Below are positions 56,418 to 64,000 of a DNA stretch of 64,000 nt, one piece after another. A program made the position numbers and the translations under genes. This DNA is from a virus (lineage: Duplodnaviria > Caudoviricetes). The stretch is from the IMG/VR virus record IMGVR_UViG_3300031951_000008, one strand, 5' to 3'. The notes under the pieces are model-generated. The model saw only the letters and a list, made by a program, of their open reading frames with translations, searched no databases and was not told the origin of the DNA. Position 1 is the first letter of the stretch. Each line of letters opens with the position of its first letter.

Positions 56418-56452
56418 AATGGCTGTGCGTTCAACGACGCACAGCCATTTTT
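56418..56452 (+). terminator. Intrinsic terminator between convergent genes
   Basis: AATGGCTGTGCGT-TCAACG-ACGCACAGCCATT-TTT. Confidence 0.85.
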
Positions 56453-56455
56453 ATA

Positions 56456-57019
56456 TCATCGAAAGTTGCTAGATTTCCAGATCCTAGTGCGATCAAATGT
56501 CATGAAATCAATGCAAGCCTCGTTCACAGCGTCCATCACTCCGGGATGGCGTGAGCAATAATCATGCCCAATCATAAAGCCATGATTATTTAGTTTACGG
56601 CTCCAAATTTCAATATCTGCTTTACATTCTGCATATTCATGGCAGGCATCGATATAAATGACATCGGAGCTTCTTGCTTCAACTGCTGCTTGTACACTTG
56701 GCTTGTATATTTCAATAATTGTGATATCTGGCTTGTGTATTTTGATCTGTTCTAAGGTTAGGCTTAAAACCTTTTTGCCATATTCAGGTGAAGGAAACGT
56801 GCCATATTCCGATAGATCATCAACAATGGTAATGGTAGCGTTCTTGCCTAGAGCAAGTGATGCGACGAATAATGACTTTCCGCAGAAGACACCAACTTCT
56901 GTGTAGGAATTCTTACCATAGCAAGAATCGTAAATAATTCCGAGTTCGGTAGGCCAGCAGTTGCCTGGTATAAGATAAGACTTGCTAATGATCGTATTAC
57001 GAGGCTCAAAAGGTATCAT
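56456..57019 (-). CDS. Class I SAM-dependent methyltransferase (Methyltransf_24-like)
   Basis: YTEVGVFCGKS, IYIDACHEY, GFMIGHDY...HPGV..AV. Confidence 0.85.
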   Translation of the reverse strand: MIPFEPRNTIISKSYLIPGNCWPTELGIIYDSCYGKNSYTEVGVFCGKSLFVASLALGKNATITIVDDLSEYGTFPSPEYGKKVLSLTLEQIKIHKPDITIIEIYKPSVQAAVEARSSDVIYIDACHEYAECKADIEIWSRKLNNHGFMIGHDYCSRHPGVMDAVNEACIDFMTFDRTRIWKSSNFR

Positions 57020-58099
57020 ATGAATTGCCTGTTTAGAGGTGAGAAGATCATGCCGACATTTAGCGGCATCAAAGCATTTGAATGTTTTAACGATAAGGTA
57101 TCTACTAAACTCTGTACACTAGAGGAGAAAGGCAGCGAAGCTATAGCTAGGTGTGCTACTTGTAACCAAAGGACAGAGTTTCATGATCCTATTACGTTTG
57201 ACGACAAGTGGCAATATATTAAGACCTCTAAGCTTGTAGAAGACAGTCTCAGATTGGCTAATCAGATTCCGAGTGACTGCTCTGGAATAATAGGAGTGGC
57301 TAGATCAGGAATATTGCCTGCGACAGTTATTTCCACGCATTTGCAATTACCATTGTATACGGTTCATGCAAGAGATAGGCTCTTTATAGAAGAAATTAAG
57401 TCACAGTCATTACAACGAGGATTAGACTACAGAACGATTAAACCTAAAGACGGACCTAAGGTAATAATAGACGATACAGTTCACGGAGGTGGCAGCTTTG
57501 GAGTTATCAAAAGCCTGGCTATAGAAAATTATAAATATGCTGCAGTATATGTCAGGCCAAACAAGACGAGTGCTGTTGACTATTATGTAGAAACATTGAA
57601 TTCACCTCACTTTTTGGAATGGAATATGTTCAATAACAGTTATGTTTGTGGTGGGCCTGAGTATAGCCCTTTCTACGGAGGAATAGCTTTCGATTTTGAT
57701 GGGATACTATGCAAAGACCCGGAGGCTGGTGTAGACAGAGGAGACCCAAATAAATGGATTATGGAGCTTCAGCCTACGCATATCCGCCCATTGCACTATA
57801 AGATACCACTAATTATAACCAATAGGCTTGAATCATGGCGTGAACCAACCGTGAAATGGCTTAATAAGTACTCGATTAATTATGATAAAATAGAAATGTA
57901 TCAGAAGTCGCTAGATGAACGTGATGCTAATTTTATGCAAGCCGTGATTGAGCATAAGGCCGATAAATTCAAGAGATCTGATTGTTACTTGATGGTAGAA
58001 TCAGACCCCCAACAGGCTCAGCTAATACATCAATATTCACAAAAACCAGTCTTATGTCCCGCAGAGGGTAAGTTTTACATGACTTCCTTCAAGTCATGA
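57020..58099 (+). CDS. Phosphoribosyltransferase + HAD-like fusion protein (start may be 57050)
   Basis: CATC; GVARSGILPA and VIIDDTVHGGGS (PRPP loop); AFDFDGIL (HAD motif I), ITNRLE, VESDPQQA. Confidence 0.75.
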   Translation: MNCLFRGEKIMPTFSGIKAFECFNDKVSTKLCTLEEKGSEAIARCATCNQRTEFHDPITFDDKWQYIKTSKLVEDSLRLANQIPSDCSGIIGVARSGILPATVISTHLQLPLYTVHARDRLFIEEIKSQSLQRGLDYRTIKPKDGPKVIIDDTVHGGGSFGVIKSLAIENYKYAAVYVRPNKTSAVDYYVETLNSPHFLEWNMFNNSYVCGGPEYSPFYGGIAFDFDGILCKDPEAGVDRGDPNKWIMELQPTHIRPLHYKIPLIITNRLESWREPTVKWLNKYSINYDKIEMYQKSLDERDANFMQAVIEHKADKFKRSDCYLMVESDPQQAQLIHQYSQKPVLCPAEGKFYMTSFKS

Positions 58100-58494
58100 T
58101 CTTGATACTTAATCGGATGGTGTATATCATCATCAATATATCCAGCTAGAGATTCAACCATCCCTGTATGCTCATGGATGAATGATATGACACTAGACCC
58201 TTTATGTTGAATCTCAACCACATGGATTCTGCTTGTGGCTCCTACACCCTCTCTCATAGTAGTACGCAGTCTATAGATAATCTTGTCACCAGGCATAACG
58301 TATGCTGTAAAGACTGTTTTCTCTTCGTCTGGTATGCCAAGACAGAATCTTCTGATTCCGTTTTTGTCAAGATCTTTAAAATTAGGACTACTAGCTTGGT
58401 GCTTAACCGTGTTATCCTCGTAGAACGCTATCCACATGTATTTGATCGGGAAATCTTCGCTGCTTGCACTATAATCGTTAACTATTTTCGTCAT
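58075..58494 (-). CDS. Hypothetical protein
   Basis: 139 aa, natural beta-rich composition. Confidence 0.6.
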   Translation of the reverse strand: MTKIVNDYSASSEDFPIKYMWIAFYEDNTVKHQASSPNFKDLDKNGIRRFCLGIPDEEKTVFTAYVMPGDKIIYRLRTTMREGVGATSRIHVVEIQHKGSSVISFIHEHTGMVESLAGYIDDDIHHPIKYQDHDLKEVM

Positions 58495-59077
58495 GAAATT
58501 GATACCTTCAGTTGAAGAACATTTTAAAGAACTACGGTCAATGACCGAAGGTGCAGACCAAGTTCTAATTTCGACATATGGTATTTACGCCGGTATTACT
58601 CATTATGGTCAAGACCTGAACGGTCAAAGTTCAAAGTATACGGCATACGCCAAAGAATTTTTAGATAGCTTAATTGGCGTTAGTAAAGTTAATATTGTCG
58701 TAGGTCTTTATCCATATTCGAGCTGCAAGGGAACGGTCCGATGTGTCTACTGTGAATCACGATATGTTAGAGGCTTGCTACGGCTGTCTAGTCATAAAGA
58801 CCACTTTAGTAGCTTCAAATGGCGAGTCAAGCCAAATAATCATCTAAAATCTGTTCTGGCTATTAAAGACAACTCGTTTGAAGGCATAGTCGGCGGTAGG
58901 AATCTCAGTGATTCTAATTGGAATGATCTCACTTTTCGATTAGAGCCTGAAGATGCTAAAGAAGTATTCAAAATGGTTATCCCTATTTGGAAAGAGGCAG
59001 AAGACTTAACAGATGATATATTAAATAGTCTTTTGGATCGGTACGAAATATCAAAGCATTCGATGGAATTAGTATGA
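58493..59077 (+). CDS. Phospholipase D-like (HKD) nuclease family protein
   Basis: VLISTYGIY, HLKSVL (HxK, Asp absent), IVGGRNLSDS; internal C-x5-CxxC. Confidence 0.6.
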   Translation: MKLIPSVEEHFKELRSMTEGADQVLISTYGIYAGITHYGQDLNGQSSKYTAYAKEFLDSLIGVSKVNIVVGLYPYSSCKGTVRCVYCESRYVRGLLRLSSHKDHFSSFKWRVKPNNHLKSVLAIKDNSFEGIVGGRNLSDSNWNDLTFRLEPEDAKEVFKMVIPIWKEAEDLTDDILNSLLDRYEISKHSMELV

Positions 59078-60204
59078 AAAAACTACCGCTTGCGGCTGCG
59101 TTACGGCCCAAAACCATAGATGAAGTAATAGGCCAAGACCATCTTACGGACAAAGGTATGCCTCTTCGCCAAATGTTAGAGAAAGGCTTGTTTAAGAGTG
59201 CGATAATATGGGGACCGCCTGGTACCGGGAAGACATCTCTTGTGACCGCTCTTGCGTCTCAGAGTGGCTCAAGCTATATAAAGCTTAATGCTACCGAAGC
59301 TACGATAAAAGACTTAAGGAAGGTCATTTCTGAAGCTGCCGCTAGAGATAGCCATACTTTTGTATTCGTAGACGAGATCCACAGGTGGAACAAATCTCAA
59401 CAAGACACAATGCTGCCTTCAGTCGAAGACGGCACGATAACATTGTTTGGTGCTACCACAGAAAATCCGAGATTTGCGGTCAATAGCACCATATTATCTC
59501 GGTGTATTATCATGGAGGCCAAGCCATTAAATGCAAAAAGTGCATCGCAATTAATGCTTAAGGTTAAGGATTATTACAAAGAACATGGCAAAATTGTAAA
59601 GATCCAACAAGATGCCGCCAAAACAATTATTAATCGTAGTAGTGGAGATGCTAGAAAGTTAATCACAGCACTAGAAACGTGCATTGAGATCTTATCCGAC
59701 GACGGTAATGTAACACTAGACATGGTCAATATAGCTATTCCAGATAAGCATCTAGTATTCGATGCGACCGGCAACGACCATTATGATCTAGCTCACTGTT
59801 ATCAAGAAGCAATTCAAAACTCGGATGGTGATTCAGCGATTTATTGGTTAGCTAAATGGCTGAGTTCAGGAGAAGATCCTGCTTACATTTGTAGAAGAAT
59901 GCTTATTACTGCATTTGAGGATTGTGCTGCTAATCCTCATGCCGTTACTACTACCATGGCTGCGTGTTATACCGTAGAGAAGACTGGTATGCCTGAATGC
60001 ATGATACCAATGGCCTTAGCAACCTGTGTTATGGCCCAAAGCGAAAGGAGCAAGTATGCATACTTCGCTATCAAAGAGGCTATGTCTGATGTGGCTAATA
60101 ACGCGACTGTCCATGTTCCGCCTGCTTTAAGGGCTGGCACGAGAGGTTATGTTAAGGCTATTAATAAGGTATATATAAAGAATTATGACGACTATGCTGA
60201 GTGA
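59074..60204 (+). CDS. rarA: Replication-associated recombination protein A (RarA/MgsA AAA+ ATPase)
   Basis: PLAAALRP...VIGQDH, WGPPGTGKT, FVDEIHRWNKSQQD, GATTENP, ILSRC, GDAR, HYD, GEDP. Confidence 0.92.
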   Translation: MKKLPLAAALRPKTIDEVIGQDHLTDKGMPLRQMLEKGLFKSAIIWGPPGTGKTSLVTALASQSGSSYIKLNATEATIKDLRKVISEAAARDSHTFVFVDEIHRWNKSQQDTMLPSVEDGTITLFGATTENPRFAVNSTILSRCIIMEAKPLNAKSASQLMLKVKDYYKEHGKIVKIQQDAAKTIINRSSGDARKLITALETCIEILSDDGNVTLDMVNIAIPDKHLVFDATGNDHYDLAHCYQEAIQNSDGDSAIYWLAKWLSSGEDPAYICRRMLITAFEDCAANPHAVTTTMAACYTVEKTGMPECMIPMALATCVMAQSERSKYAYFAIKEAMSDVANNATVHVPPALRAGTRGYVKAINKVYIKNYDDYAE

Positions 60205-60664
60205 TATATTTACTAATATATGTGATCAACATGGTGCTAGCTATATTGATCTTTCTCCTATGCTTCAAGCATCCGACCAATTATCTATAATGCTTACATA
60301 TGATACCGTCAAATGCGGGTCACATTTACGATTTAACTATTACGCACATTGGGTGTTAGATAATTTCAAAGCTAGTATATGTTATTATGGCTTGACACCC
60401 GTACGTAGTGTATCGCAGGCCATAACCAGCTGCCCATTCTATGTTGAGACACATCACGAATATGTATGCTGTAAATCCGTTTATATTGATTGTATGGCGA
60501 TTGATAGCATTGAACATATTATATCACGCCTAAGTGCCAGAACCACGATTGAGGATCATGTATCGCTGGGAAATACTAAGGTCCAATATATATTTAAAAT
60601 AATAGATAGGTATAAAAATAAGCATAAACCATTCATCACCTCAATACACACCTCAATAAAGTAA
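60185..60664 (+). CDS. Hypothetical protein
   Basis: 159-aa coupled ORF. Confidence 0.45.
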   Translation: MTTMLSDIFTNICDQHGASYIDLSPMLQASDQLSIMLTYDTVKCGSHLRFNYYAHWVLDNFKASICYYGLTPVRSVSQAITSCPFYVETHHEYVCCKSVYIDCMAIDSIEHIISRLSARTTIEDHVSLGNTKVQYIFKIIDRYKNKHKPFITSIHTSIK

Positions 60665-60681
60665 AGCATATAACGAGACAG

Positions 60682-61242
60682 TTATAAGTGCTGTCCTATG
60701 ATCATTTTATTGTGCCTAATAGTAGGCCGGTGCTTCATAAGGTTATTTATATAGATAAAATCGCTATACTTAGTCTTATTAGTGGGCCATGCCTCTTTCA
60801 AAGCCAGATCTCTCTTTACACAGATGCACATTGTGTCTATATCGCCCATTGTCGGTTCATCATATATTGGTATTACCATGTCTAAATGATAAGTACGACA
60901 TATACCAATATCGTTATCTAGAGCCGTGGTGTAAAGGGCAGCAATAGCATGGTTATAATATATATTATCATCATCCCAAAATACCACATATTGTCCTGTA
61001 GCAGATTTGAGGCCTAAGTTACGGGCTACGCAACCATAATCATAGTGTGGCTTTGATCGTATGATAGTAGCATTGGCTAGTATCGGAGATTGGACCATTC
61101 TAAATGGTACTTGGTTATACGATTCTTGTATTATAATTAGCTCGATAGCCAACCCGTTATGTGATTGGCTTTGTATCTGATTTAAAAGTTGTGCTAGCTT
61201 TTTAGGGCTGTTAGTAGGAGATATTATTGATATATCGATCAT
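60682..61242 (-). CDS. Glycosyltransferase family 2 (A-like)
   Basis: ISIISPT, ARNLGLKSATGQYVVFWDDDN, IDTMC, YSDF. Confidence 0.85.
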   Translation of the reverse strand: MIDISIISPTNSPKKLAQLLNQIQSQSHNGLAIELIIIQESYNQVPFRMVQSPILANATIIRSKPHYDYGCVARNLGLKSATGQYVVFWDDDNIYYNHAIAALYTTALDNDIGICRTYHLDMVIPIYDEPTMGDIDTMCICVKRDLALKEAWPTNKTKYSDFIYINNLMKHRPTIRHNKMIIGQHL

Positions 61243-62069
61243 TTGCTTAATATATAATCAATACTGTGGATATTCATAATTTTCTTAGCTTCAACGGGTA
61301 CCGGCCAGATGTTTTTAATGATGATTTGTTCGATAGCGGGTTTAAAGTATATTACTTTACGATTTATATGCTGTGTGATTATGCTAAGACCGGCTTGGTG
61401 AATCCATTCAGCATATGTTGCTAGCGGTGTTATAACCTTATTGTTTATACAAGGTTTTACAGCAACTTGATCGCTTTCGCTATTATAACCATTATGATAT
61501 ATTTCGCTAAGCACATGGGCGTAAGCTAAGTTCATGCCAATACTGCTTTGAAATCCTCCGTTGGGCGAAGACCAAGGTCTAAATCGAACATATAGCTTTC
61601 CGCCTTTGTTAAGTCTATTTGTCAGGGCGGCTAGTGTAGCTGGGGCATCTCCAGTTAGTTCTAGGCTCTCATTAGCGATTATAAGGTCATAATCGGTATC
61701 GGTATCTTGTAGACTATCACAGATTCGCAGATTTTTATTATAGCCAGGCTCAGGCTTACAACCTTGATAAACAATATGATAAGCGTCTGCTGGTATGTGA
61801 GCTATCAGCGAGCTTTTGTTGAATGTGTCAGTAATGAATTCTAGAGCTTTTGACACATGCCCGAATTGGTGAGGTATTGCAAATGTGTAGTTGGCCAATG
61901 GCAGCTTATTTAGCTCAATACTGTCAAGAAAGTGTAATTTATTACAAATAGACACAGGAGCAGATACCGGTGTCTGTAGATTAGCAGTTTTAAGCAATTT
62001 AGAGACTTTAGAGCAAGCGTCGGCTAGCTCGGCTAAGGCATTACTTAATTCGTTATATTCCATTTTCAA
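61239..62069 (-). CDS. Degenerate class I methyltransferase-like protein
   Basis: YDLIIANESLEL...L...LNKGGKLYVRF.PW....GG; SAM motif I eroded. Confidence 0.55.
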   Translation of the reverse strand: MKMEYNELSNALAELADACSKVSKLLKTANLQTPVSAPVSICNKLHFLDSIELNKLPLANYTFAIPHQFGHVSKALEFITDTFNKSSLIAHIPADAYHIVYQGCKPEPGYNKNLRICDSLQDTDTDYDLIIANESLELTGDAPATLAALTNRLNKGGKLYVRFRPWSSPNGGFQSSIGMNLAYAHVLSEIYHNGYNSESDQVAVKPCINNKVITPLATYAEWIHQAGLSIITQHINRKVIYFKPAIEQIIIKNIWPVPVEAKKIMNIHSIDYILSK

Positions 62070-63219
62070 CTACTATAAAGCTAATTAGATAACCCGGTAA
62101 ACTAGACCTTAATCGAGCACGATTTTGTTGTGGCACAATTTGCGTAGTGAATAAACGCAAAAAGTAGCCATGCGTCTCGACGCGAACGATAGTATCTACG
62201 TGGTCTAGAATAGCCTGTCGTCTTTCATTACTCTCAATTGGTGTAACACTCCTATCACGTGACCTGCTAACTTCAAACTCTCTATAATACCTACCACATT
62301 CACACAGTTTAAAATCACTGGATATGTTACAATAGTCGCCATTCCAATAATTATAAAACGGATAAGCGACAGAGTAATAGTCGTAGCTAAATAGTTTGCT
62401 ATCCACGCATTCGGCCCAGCTTAGACCATCTAAAAGATGCCTTGTTTGGTGTTTGCACGTGATAAAGGTCACACCTCCGTCCCAGCATCTCATGTGATCA
62501 CACCAATAGTCTGCTAAACCGAGTGTTACATATTGGTCCAGATCAGATTGATATGCTTTCGAGTTTGTGTTGCTGAGCAGCCGACAAATGGGGGCAGTGA
62601 TATTCAACAGCTTGTAGTTATATAGCAGTGATGCTGTTGTTTGACCATTACATAATATTAGATCTATGCTGTTTGATTGTAAGAAATTAAGTATTGTTTG
62701 ATAATACTGGTAATAATTACACATATATAGATTGTTCGCATGTGCTTTATAGATTGTAGCGGTGCTACCCAAGCCGTGTGATTCGACTGGGTTATTAGAT
62801 TGGTGCTTGGTAATAGTTGGTTTGTCTTTCTCTATGCTGCTAAGCGTCAGATCGAGTATTGAAGCATCTTTGGGGATGTTAAATTCGTCGCAAATCAATT
62901 TATAATGACATTTTGACTCTATCTTATGGTATGTGTCTAGCCATATGCAGTATTCGAACGGTGGACCGGTGGTGCCAGTGGTTCTGTTAACAAATGAGGC
63001 AAACTTAGGATTAACCTCAGATTTAATATTGCTCTTATCGTTAGGTTCTAAGCTAGCGGCCATACTGCTGAGATGTCGCTTACAATAATCTCTTACAGAT
63101 ACTATTAGGTTCGGTTCGTAATAATTTAGCAGGTGGGCTTGATTAACAAAGGCAAGCAGGAACTGAATATAGTCATCTTGGTATTTAATTAAACTAGACG
63201 GGTCTTCCTGTAGAAGCAT
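62053..63219 (-). CDS. Adenylate-forming enzyme (phenylacetate-CoA-ligase / CapK-like)
   Basis: TTGTTGPP P-loop, DHMRCWDGG, YWNGD, CECGR. Confidence 0.65.
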   Translation of the reverse strand: MLLQEDPSSLIKYQDDYIQFLLAFVNQAHLLNYYEPNLIVSVRDYCKRHLSSMAASLEPNDKSNIKSEVNPKFASFVNRTTGTTGPPFEYCIWLDTYHKIESKCHYKLICDEFNIPKDASILDLTLSSIEKDKPTITKHQSNNPVESHGLGSTATIYKAHANNLYMCNYYQYYQTILNFLQSNSIDLILCNGQTTASLLYNYKLLNITAPICRLLSNTNSKAYQSDLDQYVTLGLADYWCDHMRCWDGGVTFITCKHQTRHLLDGLSWAECVDSKLFSYDYYSVAYPFYNYWNGDYCNISSDFKLCECGRYYREFEVSRSRDRSVTPIESNERRQAILDHVDTIVRVETHGYFLRLFTTQIVPQQNRARLRSSLPGYLISFIVVENGI

Positions 63220-63415
63220 TTATGCCAATTATCTCTCCATCGAAGAGGCCGTTGCGTATATTGCCAATTTCTGGGTAGCTGTCATTCAGCTTATGCCATG
63301 AATTGTCTTTATTTAGCCATTCGTAATAATAGATACTAGCTGCTGTGTTAGGAACGAGTGACTGTTCTGTAGGTGTTTTTCCACCATCTTGAGAATCTAT
63401 TGGCAATAAATGCAT
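63194..63415 (-). CDS. Hypothetical protein
   Basis: 73-aa ORF overlapping the ligase start. Confidence 0.45.
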   Translation of the reverse strand: MHLLPIDSQDGGKTPTEQSLVPNTAASIYYYEWLNKDNSWHKLNDSYPEIGNIRNGLFDGEIIGINASTGRPV

Positions 63416-63958
63416 GACAAGATATCCGATTTAGAGGCTTTGTACGCTTTAGATGATTATTTTGTTATAGATCCTTCTAATCCAAATTTGCCAGATTTAC
63501 TACGTAAGTCTTTGCGAACTTGTCTTTTAGGCGATTATAATAGACCTATAACTTTGATAATATTTACTACCACTGAATTGGACAATCCAATATCAGAGCC
63601 CATAGGGATGTATTTCAAGAACGGTAATAGGAGGTACTACTGGCGTGATAAACATTGGGCAGAGTATGATATTTCGCATATTTCTCGCAGTCTTAAAAGT
63701 CTTTATTTGATATCCTCTGATTATCAAGCTATACTTAACAACCAATCTGACTTAGGCAACTTAAAAGAGTGTCCGTCGTCTATAACAAAATATCCTGGAC
63801 CAGCACCTAACTCATTGCCTTATTCACAGCAATTAGGTACATTTTATAAGAGATATGAGAGTATATCAAAAACAGCTTATGTCCCAGATGGTTCTGTAGG
63901 TAGCAGCAAATTCAAATGTTTTGCTAGGGCGTTACTGCAAGCTCCAAGTGACTGGTGA
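63410..63958 (+). CDS. Hypothetical protein
   Basis: 182-aa ORF. Confidence 0.55.
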   Translation: MHDKISDLEALYALDDYFVIDPSNPNLPDLLRKSLRTCLLGDYNRPITLIIFTTTELDNPISEPIGMYFKNGNRRYYWRDKHWAEYDISHISRSLKSLYLISSDYQAILNNQSDLGNLKECPSSITKYPGPAPNSLPYSQQLGTFYKRYESISKTAYVPDGSVGSSKFKCFARALLQAPSDW

Positions 63959-64000
63959 TATTCACGCCTCTTAAAAGGTCTGCCACAAAATTTTGAGGTT

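Noticed and set aside
60637-60658. 10-bp direct repeat CACCTCAATA
   Set aside because: Short, AT-rich and in frame at the end of a gene; likely chance or a trivial duplication.
1-64000. Stop-codon reassignment, as in some jumbo phages
   Set aside because: Core genes are full length under code 11, and TAG, TGA and TAA all end genes at sensible positions.

Overview
This window is a 64-kb fragment of a large T4-like (gp23/gp20/gp21/gp17-type) myovirus or jumbo phage genome. It is AT-rich, uses the standard genetic code, and has very dense genes with frequent strand switching. It carries a tail/baseplate module (three tube-like paralogs, chaperone/hub, tape measure, gp53/gp5/gp25/gp6-like), a head and packaging module (terminases, portal, 984-aa acidic core protein, protease, scaffold, major capsid) and replication/repair genes (primase, class II RNR, UvsW-like helicase, PHP-less DnaE, RarA, spore-photoproduct-lyase-like enzyme). 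It also encodes a phage sigma factor with a Zn-ribbon insertion, HU, PhoH, a thermonuclease, an RmlA/RmlB/epimerase-reductase rhamnose pathway, glycosyl- and methyltransferases, tRNA-Leu(UAA) and an aberrant tRNA. The HU type and three secreted low-complexity proteins suggest a Planctomycetota host (inference). The most notable observations are a ~180-225 nt ORF-free rod-like structured RNA candidate, a probable +1 ribosomal frameshift (UUU_CGC) in the tail chaperone pair, five divergent gene pairs with overlapping or abutting start codons, a YAAATATA late-promoter-like motif, and an Ntn-hydrolase whose catalytic Cys follows a prohead-protease-type site. All assignments come from motif recognition by eye; no searches were run.
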